From the human T2T-CHM13v2.0 reference genome, Homo sapiens: 64,000 nt of DNA. The notes beneath the pieces were generated by a model that saw only the letters and a list, made by a program, of their open reading frames with translations, made no database searches and was not told where the DNA came from. Position 1 is the stretch's first letter. Each line of letters starts with the position of its first letter. A program made the translations under genes and the position numbers. The DNA lies in NCBI RefSeq assembly GCF_009914755.1, contig NC_060929.1; one strand, 5' to 3'. Positions 46,054 to 64,000 of this stretch are shown in pieces.

Positions 46054-47985
46054 CATCAGGGTTTTAATGATAGGTATATAGGAAAGAGACTGGGAAAGAG
46101 AATTTGAGGATATTCTGAGTGAGATCCATGAATTTTGTCAAGCTTTCAGGGGCTCCTGGGAGTAAGGCTCCTATGTCCTAGAAGGAGAGAATCATGGAGA
46201 GAAGGCCACCTTGAGAAACGTAGTGACCTTTGGATGATGGAGACAGCTCACCCAAGGAGACTCTGCAAGGAGAGAACCAGAGCAGAAATACCTTGACCTT
46301 AATCTTCATCCTCCCTCCAGTGTCAGAGCCTCCCATCAGTGGAAACCAGCCAGGGGCAGGGGAGTCCATTGATTTGTCTATATGTGTCAGTGCCCTGGTG
46401 CAAAGTGCAGGGTGGAGAAGAATGGAGATTGGATGTGGAGGGTCAACAAGCAGTCATTGGGCACATACAACATGGTCCAAATTCAAATGATCCAGTACAT
46501 GGAAAGGAAGTAGCACAGAGCTGGCTCACAGGTGTGAGGACTTATGCAGTAGACACTCTCACCAGTATTTCCTTTGGTTTGCCCCTTCAACTGCAGAGAT
46601 GCTTTTAGCCAATGGCTAGGTGCCTGACTGGCCGTTACTGGGAAAAGCCACTCATTTTCAAGGAGGGATGAAATGATTTTATTTGGGATTAGAGATTGTT
46701 CTCAGAAAAGGAGCAACGCTGACCACCACCAGGCTCAAGATGCTGCAGGGAGCTGAAAAAGTGACTCAGCTTCCTGGAGGCTGGGTCCAGGGTTAGAAGT
46801 GGGGATTGCCATGGAGCTGGAGATAGTTCTTTGAAAGTGGTCCCTAAGAGCCCCTACCGTTTGCAGCTATCTGGTTGGAAAGAAGCTGATTTGGATAGAG
46901 AGGTAGAAGGAAGATCAGGGAGGGGACATCCAGCAGGAGGACGAAGTAGTCAGGAGCTCCAGCTCCAGAACAGATAACTGGGGCTGCCTCCTTGGGTTCC
47001 CTTTACTAGCTGGTTGATCTTGGGAAAATTGTACCTCTTAGCCTCAGATGCCCCATGTGTGAAATGGGAATCATAAGACTGTTGATGCCAATAACTAAAT
47101 GATTAAATAGTACATATAAAGGGCTCAGCACTATGTCTAGTAAGTAGTAGTCTATATGTATTAATATCATCATTACTACCATAATGGAGAGTGTTTGGGA
47201 GGTTGCTGGAGTCTTTAGGAGGCAAAGTTTTCTTTCCCAGCCTCTAAGAACCTATCTACCCCTGGGATGAGATGACTTTCCAGCTACCAATGGAGGATTC
47301 CTTGATATTTTCATTTACTTGTTGGGGGAGTGACAGGATGATGCCCAGTTTTGCAAAGAAAGATTAAGAGGAATAGAAGGTGATGGGCCAGGGTCATGAC
47401 AGAAGGTGGAACATAGAACTGGAATCTTTATTGAAGCTCTGAAGAAGGATCACATGTGGTGTGATGGAGGGAGCAGTGGACTGGGTTTGGGATTCCAGGT
47501 TCTCTCCAAGGTCTTCTAGCAACTAGCTTTGGGACCCTAGGTAAGTTTGTTGGGATGGTGGTATTGGGGTGGGAGGGAGGTTCACTGTAGCTGCCTATGC
47601 TAAAATACTAGGGGTGAATCTGTGAGACACTTTTTTATCTATCTGAGCTAGTGTTATTGTTCCAGAAGCCCATAGAGGTTTAGTGGTGTTCCTGGGATGC
47701 CGCAGTGATAACTGGCAGAGCCGAGGCTCAGGCTCCGTCTCTGACTCCCAGCCAAATGTCCTATTCGGTGCAACACTCCACTTATGGGCACTCCGAAAGA
47801 AATGCTTGGATGGGTGTGACCTCTTGGTATCTGGACTCAAATAGCTGAAGCTGAGGAGCTTAGGAAATAGGAATAGGAGAAAATGTCAGGGAATAGACCA
47901 GTGGGATTCGTTAATTGTTACAACTGGCTGTTCTATAACATACCTGAGATTTGTTTTAATCAGATATGGTAAAAGATGTACACAT

Positions 47986-48745
<760 letters not shown>

Positions 48746-49104
48746 CATGGGGCTCCATAGGCTTTATTGAGGTTTTCATGGGAAGGAACAGAGGAGGCAG
48801 GGTAGGTGGCTGAGTGTGCTTAGGATTGGATAGTTTGAATAATTTCAGTAGGCTCCGGACTATATGGTCCTTAGTTGTCCCGGTGTCTGGCCCTGGAGTG
48901 ATTTGAGGCAGGGAGAATATTGGCTTGGTGTGTGAGTTTGATAAAGGAGATAATTGGGTATGGCTCTGGGTTGGTTGGTTTGTATGTTAAAGCTCTACTC
49001 ACAAGGGAGTCCTTTGCTATCTTTAGGAATCAGCCACCCCTGGGAGGGGCAGCCTGTCGATGTTCAAGACTCCAAATCTCAGAGCATCAAGAATACAGAA
49101 AATA

Positions 49105-49405
49105 GGGGCAAGGTAGCTGACGCCTGTAATTTCAGCACTTTGGGAGGCCGAGATGGCAAGATTGCTTGAGCCCAGGGGTTCAAGACCAGCCTGGGCAACA
49201 TGGCAAGTCCCCATCTCTATAAAAAAATTTTTTTTAATTAGCTGGGCATGGTGGTGCACACCTGTAGTCCCAGCTACTCGAGAGGCTGAGGTGGGAGGAT
49301 TGCTTAAGCCCAGGAGGTCGATCGAGGCTGCAGTGAGCCATGTTTGCACCACTGTACTCTAGCCTGGGCAACACAGCAAGACCCTGCGTCCAAAAAAAAA
49401 AAAAA
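49105..49405 (+). mobile_element. AluJ
   Basis: J-type dimer; TSD ATACAGAAAATA. Confidence 0.9.
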
Positions 49406-50258
49406 GATACAGAAAATAAGAACATATAATGAAAACGCTGGGCTTCTGGAAACCTTTCACAGCTGAGGAAGTAAAATCTTGTTTAGTGGTCAGCAGTCAT
49501 GACTTTGAAGTTCCTTTCTGTGTTGAAGCAGCCGTGTGTGTGCTAGACGATGAAAAGCCAGGTGAAAGAGGGTGTATCCTGAAGCCACTGAGATGTAGTG
49601 GTAGGAGAAAGGGAAGGCCAACACCTATTACTTGGTCTTCATGAAAGAGAGCTTGAAATTGAATCAAGTAATGAGGCAAGGAATCCTCAAGTCCTGTGCT
49701 CCTATTGCCTTATAACAATCAAGGAGTTAACAAGACAGACTAGCTTGATTTTTCACTCCCTACTTCTCTTGAATAATTACAAGAAGTACCATTTATTGAG
49801 CAGTTTCTACCGTAGAGGATGTCTGCCAGCCACTGTCTCATTTAATAGCGACCACAATTCCATAAAGGACAGCCTTTGATGAGAAACCTTGGCTGAATAT
49901 CACTTCCCCACGGTCACCTAAGTAAGAGGCAAAATTAGATTTGAACCCAAGTCCTTCTGGCTCCATTGTCTGTATTCCTAACCACTGCATTGTACGACCT
50001 CAACTTCTGCACCAGATCTGTACTTTGGTCCTTGTGCGATACTACCTCAACTTCTGCACCAGATCTGTACTTTGGTCCTTGTGCGATCTGATGCATAATT
50101 TCATGGATGGTTTACATCTTCACAAAATACCTCCTCAGTATAATCACAGACACCAGGGAAGAAAATGACTTATGAAGAACAAACTATAAGGTTTCTTTTC
50201 TACCTGCCCAAACTGACAAGGAAAACAAGCCCCCTGCCTCATCTTGTACAAGGAAGCC

Positions 50259-50562
50259 CGGTCAGGCGTGGTGGCTCATGCCTATAATCCCAGCACTTTG
50301 GGAGGCCGAGGCGGGTTGGTCAGCTGAAGTCAGGAGTTTGAGACCAGCCTGGCCAACATGGCGAAACCCTGCCTCTACTACAAATACAAAAAATTAGCCA
50401 GGTGTGGTGATGCATGCCTGTAATCCCAGCTACTCGGGAGGCTTAGGCAGGAGAATCACTTGAACCCAGGAGGTGGATGTTGCAGTGAGCCTAGATTGTG
50501 CCGCCATTGCACTCCAGCCTGGGCAACAGAGCAAGACTCTGTCTCAAAATAAATAAAATAAA
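50259..50562 (+). mobile_element. AluS
   Basis: Dimer; TSD AAGGAAGCCC. Confidence 0.92.
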
Positions 50563-51021
50563 AGGAAGCCCAATTGTAATATAGACTCCTTTTGGCAAAC
50601 TTAGCTCTAGCCAGAGCTTTGGGACTAGAAGCACTTTGCAATTTAGGTAGTAGGGAGTTGAAAGTGTTTTGAATGTTCTCAAGTGTTCCTTTTCAGTCTT
50701 TGTGACTGACTGTTTCCTTCAGTGCTAAATTTTCCCACCTACCTATGTGAGTTTTGTCTTAAAAAGTGGTAAGTAGAAATTAGAGTTCTGGACAGACCCC
50801 AGTGTACCCCTCTGCCTCCCAGCAAATGGTTCCTCGGTTGATGGTTGCCTGTTCACTCTTAATTGTAAGCAGTGGGTTTCAGGGGTCAACACACCAACTT
50901 ACCTGCCAGCGTGATAAATGGTCCACACTAGCATATACAGCTGTCGTATGAAGGACTCTCTTGCAATCTCTTCTGCTCCCTGTCAGGAGTTTGATTTTGA
51001 ATTCAAAACTACCTTAGATGA

Positions 51022-51440
51022 TGTTATGGGTTGAATTATGTCCCCCCAAAATTCATCTGTTGAAGTCCTAGCCCCCAGAATATGACCTTATTTAGAAATA
51101 GGATCATTGCAGGAATAATTAGTTAAGATGAGGTCCTAGTGGAGTAGGTTGGCCCCTATTCCAGGATAACTGTTGTCTTTATAAAAAGGGCAAATTCGGT
51201 CACAGACTCAACACAGGAGTAACACCATGTGTGATTGGAGTTATGCTGCTGAAAGCCAAGGAACGACCAGAAGCTGGGAGAGAGGCTTGGTACAAACCCT
51301 TTCCTAGCCTCTCCAAACTAGGGGAGCTTGGCTCTGCTGACACCTTGAGCTCCAGCGTCTCACCTCTAAAACCGTGACACAGTAAATCCCTGTTGCTTAA
51401 GCCTCCTGGTTTGTGGTCGCCCTAGAAAACTACTAGTACA
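51022..51440 (+). mobile_element. MLT1B/C-like MaLR LTR
   Basis: TGTTATGGGTTGAATTATGTCCCCCCAAAATTCA start, TAGTTAAGATGAGGTC, GCCAAGGAAC..CCAGAAGCTGG, end CCCTAGAAAACTA..TACA; 5-bp TSD GATGA/GGTGA. Confidence 0.8.
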
Positions 51441-52275
51441 GGTGACATTTTGTCCCTGTCACCTTATAGGAGTCCATTTTTCGGATGATTTCCTCCCCGA
51501 CACTGGACACTTTAGAGCACTGTGGATGTTTTTTGATGAGGACACTCTGAGAACCATGTGTGTGTTAACTGTGAAAGGAGCAGTTACAGTATGTGGAAGA
51601 TGAGGTCATGATTTGCTTACTTCAAAAATTAGTTTAGGGTCGATTTGGAATGTCCATCCTTTGAGAAAGAACAAAAAATTCAAGGCCATGGGTTTGACAG
51701 AACTTCTGTACCCCAGACCCGCTTTAGAGCCTAAACCTGTGACTGCCTCCAAATTACAGACCCCGTTCCTGATTCCTACCTTTTCACTGGCTGGCACTCC
51801 TGATGCCTAGTAATCCTAGGAAGCCTTCATTCTTTTGAGTGTTAGCAGCTTTGTCCTGGTGGGAACTTCTAGAGAACTTTCTGGGAAGGGGAGTATTCAT
51901 GGTGTTTGATGTCACCTGCCCCATCTTGAAGGCACAGCTGATAACTCATGGAGGAAAGTTTTTGTTTGTGAGCTCCATCACATCCACTCTGGGGACTTTC
52001 TGGAATGTTCTACTTACTTGTTTGGTGCAGGGAGAACTGGGAAGGTTTTCTAGATTCATTCCTACAAAGGAATACTTTGTAACGCCAGTCACTTCCTAGC
52101 TTTCTATAAGTAAACCAGATCTGTTCCCTAAGGACAGATTGTTCCAAATTGGTCGCAAAATATGGAATTAATTAAAACAAAACCCACACACCAAAACAGA
52201 AACAAATGTCTTTTCTGAAAAGTAAAAGTCTTTTCGCTTAAAACGCATTTTTGCAGAATGTAAACTTTGGGCGTC

Positions 52276-52583
<308 letters not shown>

Positions 52584-54038
52584 ATCTTTGTACAGTAATA
52601 AACGTGAGCAGAGCACAGTGCAAAGAATGCGGGCCTCGGAGAGAGGTGTGTCAGGCTTTTGGACCTACTTAGTGGGTGTGTGATGGGGGCAGGTGACCTC
52701 AGCCACAGGCTGTTGCTGCTACTTCCCTAAAGGGGTTGTTGAGTGGATGACAGATGATTTACCTAATGTACTGAATACAGCATCTGGCACATGGTAGCTG
52801 TTCAGCCAGAGGTAACTTGTAACACCCCACCCAGTCAGCCTCAGGCAACGTGGACCCAGAGCACAGCATGCATCTGAGAAAAGCCCTTTGAGTTTGAGGG
52901 AGAGAGAAGAGCCTCAAACTCTGCCTGTTCACTCCACAGGGAAGACAAAGAATAATCTTTGGTCCAGACACTGGGGTCCATTCCAATATTGAGCGAGTGG
53001 CGTGGCATGGGGACCCCCATTTGGAAGGGATGCTGGCGGATGCAAGAACCGGGTCCCGGAGCCTGCAGGGCCTGACAGCACCTTTGAGTTCCGGGAGTGT
53101 GAGAAGTCTGTGTGGTCCTAGAAGAGGGGCCAGGATGCTGGGCTGGCAGGAGGGGGCTGGGGGGCTCAGGGCGACAGGCCAATTGGTACGGAAGTATGAC
53201 ATGCTGTGAGGACCAGTGGAATGTCAGCCCTGGTCAGAAGTCACCTTCAGCACAGTACCCGCTGCCTTGAACTTGCATGTAAAATTAAATTTAGGGTTGT
53301 TGCAAGCTTAGGCTCTGGTTACCCATGGCAACCTTGAGTTCTGTCTGCATTATAGCAGATTTTAAACAGTGTCAAGAGGCTGCTAGAAGGTGTTACTTGG
53401 AAAAATGACTGCAGGTAGTGATGTAGGTAGGAGATGGTAGAGAGAAAGAATTGCCAATTGTAGCTTGATACTGTAGTCTCTGGGGCCATTTAGCATAAGG
53501 GTCCTGCCTACCTGAATATGCTCAAAGGTGCCTGACGCTCTGTGCAGGACTGGATATATAGTAAGAGGTCGTCATCACCATGACTTAGAGACATTAAGGA
53601 AAGGTGAAATTATACTCAGCTTGCTGTTTAAAAAGCCAGAGAAGCATGTAATACACTTTAGAAAGATTTCCCTTACCGGTTAAAACGAAAACAAGTTTCA
53701 GCATTTAAAATTCAATTATGTGGAAAACCTGCCATGTGGAACAGCCCATTCCCCAAGGATGAAGTGTAAGTGAAGCATTACGGACTGTTTGTTCGTGACC
53801 CGCTTCATTCCTTTCAGACTGCTGTCTCCACGTGCTGTTTCACTCCAGGACTTGGTTTCTGGAAGGTATCCCAGGGTTCATCCAAGTCCTGTTTTCTCAC
53901 TCTACCAAGGTGGAAACTGAGGCTTCAGGAGGTGGTTTCCTGGGGTCAAGTATCATCTTAGAGAAGAGTGACGCCTAGAATTCATGCACTCTGACTCAAA
54001 TTCTAGAATGTTTTCTTTAACATCATAAATAACAACTA

Positions 54039-54350
<312 letters not shown>

Positions 54351-55532
54351 ACTAATGAAATTAGGATGGTTTTTTAACAGTTTATTATTTACATAAAAAC
54401 ATAGAAAATCTATGTTTTTACCTGTTCTGAAAATGGATAGTTACATCTAGAACCTTCCATCTCAACAAGAGTGTAGCTTATAGCTGCCTCCTAAGAGTGT
54501 GGCGATGGCCATTGGAGAGGACAGTGGGAGCTTGCTTTCCTCACCTCTTGGGAGTGCCATCTGACAAGCTGTGAGGATCTGAGGGCCGTCGCCTGCCATC
54601 TTGTGGTTGAAATCCAGCACAGTGAGAGAAAGTGCTGGGAGCCCCAGTCCAGTTTATTATTCACAGGCTGTGTGTGTTTCACCGCCGTGCTGTTTGGCTG
54701 ATGTTTTCAGCCTTCAGAGCTCTCTCTTGAATGGCAACATCTGAGCTATCCTCTCCTGTCTGTGACTGGTGTTTTTTCCTGTGGCCCTGGGAGGTGCCCC
54801 ATTCGAGTCCCTTCACACACACAGCCTCGGCCCTCAGGAGTCGCACTAATGAATGAGGAGCTGATCTGAGAAATCCGCCTGTGCTCAGCTCTTCGTGATG
54901 GATGACAGAGGGGAGTTATTCGTCCCCAGTTTCTCTAACTCTGTTCTGGAATCAGAAGCCTTTTAAGGAAAGCGTGAGCAGCAAGACAATTTCCAACACT
55001 ACAATGGCCAGTGGGGTGAGTTCTTTCAGAAAACTGGCAAACTTGGCCACACCCTCCGTCGCAGCCCACAGATCATTGTTGAAAGCCACATGCACAGCTG
55101 CTTTTCAGGGTCCACTTGTTTTTATGAGGGAAGAGATTCCATAAAAAGAGCGACTTTCCATCATTTAAAGAGGATTGAGGTTTCAGAGCCAGATCCAGAG
55201 ATGCTCTTTAATTTTATCCCAGTGACCTGCTCCTCCTCTGGTACCCTGGTCACAACCTTTCTGAATGGGGGCAGCACAGCCCCTGGGTGATTAACTTGAG
55301 CCATGGAAGATGGAAAACCCAAATACCTACATAAGACACTCGCTTTTAAACTCTTAGCACTACTTTCGGGAATTGTAATGGTAATTGTAAACCATACAGA
55401 GAAGAAAGATAAAAGCATCTTAGTGTGGTTATAGTGTTACTGGTCCAACTTCATACCCGTCTATCTATAGGCACCCCTGGGCCATTTTCAGCAATCCTGA
55501 CTTCTACTTTATCTTTTCTGTCCGGGTACTAA

Positions 55533-55912
<380 letters not shown>

Positions 55913-56327
55913 GCCTCCAGAGATTTTTGAACTTCAGGCTTTGGCACCTGTTTTGGCCCTTGGCCCTTTCTTAGTTACTGTGGAAGCAGAGGCAGGTAAC
56001 CAACTGCAATGAGTAGGTGAGCCGTTCCTATGAACTTCACTCCCATTCCACCTGGGTTTGCCAAGTACAGAAATGAACAGACTTGCACTTGCATCTTCTG
56101 GTGTTGGAGGGCACCAATATCAAAAGGTGACCTCTTGCTGGAGGACAACAATATCTGCTATTTAAGGACCCAAATATATAACTCTTGTACAATGTAAAAT
56201 GAAACAAAGCTTGTAAACAGTTATATAGATTTCTTCATGGGATTCTTCTTTGAGATGTGATCTTTCTCCAAAGATTTTGAGGATGAGAGTTTGTTTAAAA
56301 TGTTCTGAAGCTCTGATACTAGTGGCC

Positions 56328-56618
56328 TTTTCATTTTTTATTTTTTTGAGACAGAGTCTCGCTGTCGCCTAGGCTGGACAGAGCACAATGGCACGATCTT
56401 GGTTGGCTCAATGCAACCTCCGCCTCCCGGCTTCAAGCAATTCTTCTGCCTCCAGCTCTGAAGCAGCTGGGACTACAGGTGCACACCATGCCCGGCTAAT
56501 TTTTTGTATTTTAAGTAAAGACAGGGCTTCACCATGTTGGCCAGGCTGGTCTCGAACTCTTGACCTCAAGTGATCCACCCACCTCGGCCTCCCAAAGTGC
56601 TGGTGTTACAGACCTGGC
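56328..56618 (-). mobile_element. AluS
   Basis: Reverse dimer; TSD TACTAGTGGC. Confidence 0.88.
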
Positions 56619-56982
56619 CTTACTAGTGGCTTTTTTGATAACTTGGAATAACAATGTTGAATTATATGGAGCAACAATGTTGAATTGTATGGATCTCTTA
56701 TCTTTGAGTCACAGAAACTTGGATGCCAGGGCTGCAGTGATGGTGTAATAGCTGACTCATCCCTCAGGGCTCTTTGTTCACCAAAGGAAAGATGATTCTA
56801 TCATTTGCAATGTCTCTTTGACTTAAATTTAGCCATGTCCTTTTGGGGAGGAAGGCTGGGCTAGTTCCATAGCTGAAGTGCATGTCTCCCCAGCCCTTAG
56901 GCTGGACTATAAGGTTGATCAGTTTAAATGGGGCTGGGATTTATTAAGAAATTTTGACCTTGGGATCACAAATGTATCTTCA

Positions 56983-57403
<421 letters not shown>

Positions 57404-57814
57404 TTAAGTACATGTCTCTGTTAAATTCCATGGCAAGTCTGGGTTTTTCCCTGACTCAAGGGTTTTATTTAGTCCAGATATCCACTCCTGTGAAGTCCTC
57501 ATCTGAACCAGTGTAATGGGCAGAAAGAACTTACATAGAAGTCACCAGAAAATGGTTCATGCTCTAGAATGGTGGTTGCTAAGGTGAGAAGCCTGAAAAG
57601 ATCCATGCGTAAGAGGAAAAATTATCAGTATCCCAAGAAATTTTTTATCTTTAAAAAAAATTGAGTTTGACCAATAATTTAGATATGGATTGACACTGGC
57701 TTCCTTGTTCAATCGAATGTCAGAGAGTCCCATTTTCTGTGTAGTCCATGACATATGCTGAGGGAAGGGGAGAAGGTCCACAAAGGCCCCCTCACTGGTT
57801 GATATACAACCCTC

Positions 57815-58232
57815 TTTTTTTTTTCTGTCCCCCAGGCTGAAGTGCAGTCACACAATCAAAGCTCACTGCAGCCTTGAACTCCTGGGCTCAAGCAATCCAC
57901 CTATCTCAGCCTCTCAAGTAGCTGAGACTACAGGTGTGAACCATGGTGCCTGGCCTGTTTAATCCACTTTGGGCTTATGTCAAGGGACTGGAGTTTATGT
58001 AGGCTCACCTGATGAAGTGGGTTTATGGATTAAATTATTTTGTTTTAACTGAGTTAACCTTTACCAAATGGGCAGAAAAACTAAAGAAATTTCTTATTTT
58101 TATTTTTAATATACAGAGATGAGGGTCTCACTATGTTGTCCAGGCTGTTCTCAAATTCTTGGCCTCAAGGGATCCTCCTATCCCAGCCTCCCGAAGTGCT
58201 GGTATTACAGGAGTGAGCCACTGCTCCTGGCC
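57815..58232 (-). mobile_element. Two old Alu monomers (~57815-57955 right-arm/FRAM-like, ~58095-58232 left-arm/FLAM-like)
   Basis: Single-arm reverse Alu sequences. Confidence 0.75.
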
Positions 58233-58520
58233 TAAAAATACTACAATTAATGCAGGTGTAAGCAAACAATAAGAAATGACTGGGTTAACACTTTTCTTCC
58301 TGCTACCATGTGCTAGTTATGAAGTAAAACAGTGACAATCTATGTAGACTGAGAAGTCAGACAAAAACATAAAATTCATCAGGGGACTATGTGAAATATA
58401 AACTTACAACCACTAGCATTAAAGAAAAACCTCATCCTAAGCATAGATTGTGCCTTACGGTAATACTTGACGACATCAGACCATTATAATTAGCAAGATA
58501 TTTAAAATCTAAGTATTCAC

Positions 58521-58870
<350 letters not shown>

Positions 58871-59239
58871 TTAGCAGTGTTTAAAATTACGTATTACTAA
58901 ATCTAGTCCAGGATTTTAGCAAACTGAATATTTAAGAGCCTGTTTTGAGGGTTTTTAAAAACATAATTGCTTAAGGTAAAAAGCTACATACCAGTAGAAA
59001 AACAGCCTTCCTGATGTGGTCAAAATAGCTAAAATAATACATGGAAAACAATATAGCTGCAAAATAAAACGCACGGTTTTGTCAGCAAATTCCGATGCAC
59101 AGATCCACAGATGTGGAAGATGCACAGAAATATTGCTGAAGTTTCAAAGAAAGAGTGTAGTGGGGGAGATCTGCTGTGCAGTTGGACTTAAGTACTGCTG
59201 TTTCACACATGTTCCAATTAAGAGTATTTGCTTGATTCT

Positions 59240-59398
59240 GGCCAGGCACGGTGGCTCATGCCTATAATCCGAGCACTTTGGGAGGCCAAGGTGGGCAGAT
59301 CACTTGAGCCCAAGAGTTTGATAACAGCCAAGTCAACGTGGTGAAACCCCATCTCTATTTTTGTAAAAACTTTTTTAAATAAAAAAGATTTTTAAAAA
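59240..59398 (+). mobile_element. FLAM-like Alu monomer
   Basis: Left arm only; TSD AAGA(G/A)TATTTGCTTG. Confidence 0.8.
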
Positions 59399-59622
59399 AG
59401 AATATTTGCTTGTGTCTGTTTCAATAATGAAATAGACCTATTTATTTGTGAGGTCACTAAAAGAAAGAGGTACCAGAAAAGATGTATTTTTCACAATTCA
59501 ATGCCTTTGTTAGTTAAAACAATGGTTTATGGGAAAATTATATCAGGTAACAGTAGCTTTAACTAGAATAAAAAGGAATTCAGGATATCCCAATTACACT
59601 GATTTGAGTTTTACAAATTATA

Positions 59623-61109
<1,487 letters not shown>

Positions 61110-61358
61110 TATGAATGTATTAAATAATCACATGAACCCTGAAAATTTTGTAAAAACTTAAATGTGTAAATAAAATTTTTTTTTAAATTTAGGTAAGGTT
61201 ACAAAAATAGGCCAAGAGCATGAAATTTATTCAGCCATTTCATCCTCTTGGCCTATTTCAGGGAATGATGATGAAAATATCTTACTACATAGAGGTTTGA
61301 TGTTTATTTCTAAACAAAGCATTTATTAGAGTAATAGAACTTAAACATGACTGGGATT

Positions 61359-61756
<398 letters not shown>

Positions 61757-62254
61757 CTATTTTTGCAAGGACAAACATGTCTCTCCAAGGTAAAGATGGT
61801 GTTGTAACAATAAATAAGAAAATAACTACTTTTCGAAAGAAAGTCATGCTATGCAAAGGGCATTTTCAAGATGGATATTAGGAAATGTTTCCATAGTGAT
61901 ATGACTTTTCTTTTTTTTTACAAAAATGTTAACATTTGCCAACAAAAAGTTTCAGATGCATCTTTAAAATCTTGAGAACAAAATTTTATATTTTTAAATC
62001 TTCCAAAGAATTTTAGAGGAGCTATATGTTAAAAACTATTAAAAGTACAGTAGCTTCAGAGTTTGCAAGAAAAATTTGACAAAATCAATGCACAATTTCA
62101 ACCAAAACCAAAGCACAGGTGGTGGATAGGGTTGGAAAATGACTATTATGATTGATTAAATCATAATCAATGCCACTAACATATTTCTTCCATTTGAATC
62201 TATGTATCCTTGTGAGGTATCTTCAGCTATGGCAGCTGTTAAAAGCAGCATCCA

Positions 62255-62860
62255 GGCTGGGCGCCATGGCTCACGCCTGTAATCCCAGCACTTTGGGAGG
62301 CCGAGGCAGACGGATCACGAGGTTAGGAGATCGAGACCATCCTGGCTAGCAGGGTGAAACCCCGTGTCTACTAAAAATACAAAAAAACATTAGCCGGGCA
62401 TGGTGACGGGTGCCTGTAGTCCCAGCTACTCAAGAGGCTGAGGCAGGAGAATGGCGTGAACCCAGGAGGTGGAGCTTGCGGTGAGCCGAGATCGCGCCAC
62501 TGCACTCCAGCCTGGGCGACAGAGTGAGACTCCGTCTCAAAAAAAAAAAAAAAAAAAGCAACATCCAACCTGGTGTGGTGGCTCACACCTGTAATCCCAG
62601 CACTTTGGGAGGCTGAGGTGGGCAGATTACTTGAGGTCAGGAGTTCAAGAACAGCCTGGCCAACGTGGTGAAACCCTGTCTCTACTAAAAATGCAAAAAT
62701 TAGCCGGCCGTGGTGGTGGATCCCTGTAATCCCAGCTACTTGGGAGGCTGAGGTGGGAGGATCCCTTGAATCCAGAGGCAGAGGCTGCAGTGAGCTGCGA
62801 CTGCACCACTGCACTCCAGCCTGGGCAACAGAGCAAGACTCCATCTCAGAAAAAAAAAAA
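62255..62860 (+). mobile_element. AluY (62255-62557) and older Alu (62567-62860)
   Basis: Two sense dimers. Confidence 0.9.
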
Positions 62861-62983
62861 GTAGCACCCATTTGTTATGAAATTACTTGAAGCTATACTT
62901 CTGGCTTATCACATCCCAAAATGTTAAACCAAGTTTTTGAAAATCTTGAAGTATATTTAACTACATAGCTTTTAAAATATTAA

Positions 62984-63630
<647 letters not shown>

Positions 63631-64000
63631 TCTCAATTTTCGTTTTTTACTGACAGGCATGAAAAATCAAAATTTCGAAAGTAGTCATCTCACAAGTAGA
63701 GAGTTTAGCCCTGTCCTCCTAGGGAAGGTGTCTCTTTTGAGATCTACAGGATCTAGATGTCTCTCATCCACCCTGTGCCTGCCACCCATCCTCCCCAGAG
63801 AACTGGTTTTCTTTGGGATCTGCAAACCAGACCTTCTAACTTCACCCTAGTTTCTCCTCTCTTGTTCTCTAGGTCTGACCCTTGAGTTCCCAAGGAGAGG
63901 AGTCAGTGTGTCCTGGCCAGCTACCCTACCAGGCACAGATGCACTGGCACCTCTTGCTGACTGCTTGCTCCCTGGACCATTTGCAAGCTCTCTGTGGCTC

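Noticed and set aside
59016-59267. ORF as a possible domesticated transposase exon
   Set aside because: Surrounding frames have stops, frameshifts and insertions, so it is a dead fossil

Overview
Human (primate) genomic DNA, almost all intronic, from the PDZD2 locus transcribed on the + strand. The only supportable coding sequence is the first coding exon of PDZD2: acceptor at 44237, 360 nt of 5'UTR, ATG at 44597, donor after 45072, encoding residues 1-158 into the first PDZ domain. The rest is repeat-dense, with about 50 Alus, a 1.8-kb LTR12 (ERV9) solo LTR inserted inside an Alu, LTR10, MSTA, MLT1, MER4, MER21 and MER76-like LTRs, MER53/MER63/MER5 DNA elements, MIR/L2/L1 fragments, and a fragmented but long hAT-Charlie transposase fossil at about 58-63 kb. 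Almost all ORFs in the supplied track are Alu/LTR or chance ORFs. I found no convincing wholly new biological system. The best leads are regulatory: eight upstream AUGs in the PDZD2 leader (including an overlapping uORF), an AUG-containing exon flanked by inverted young Alus (circRNA candidate), a sense LTR12 with altered proximal promoter motifs, and several nested or chimeric repeat structures. Gene and repeat subfamily names come from remembered sequences, not searches, and repeat boundaries are approximate unless a TSD is cited.
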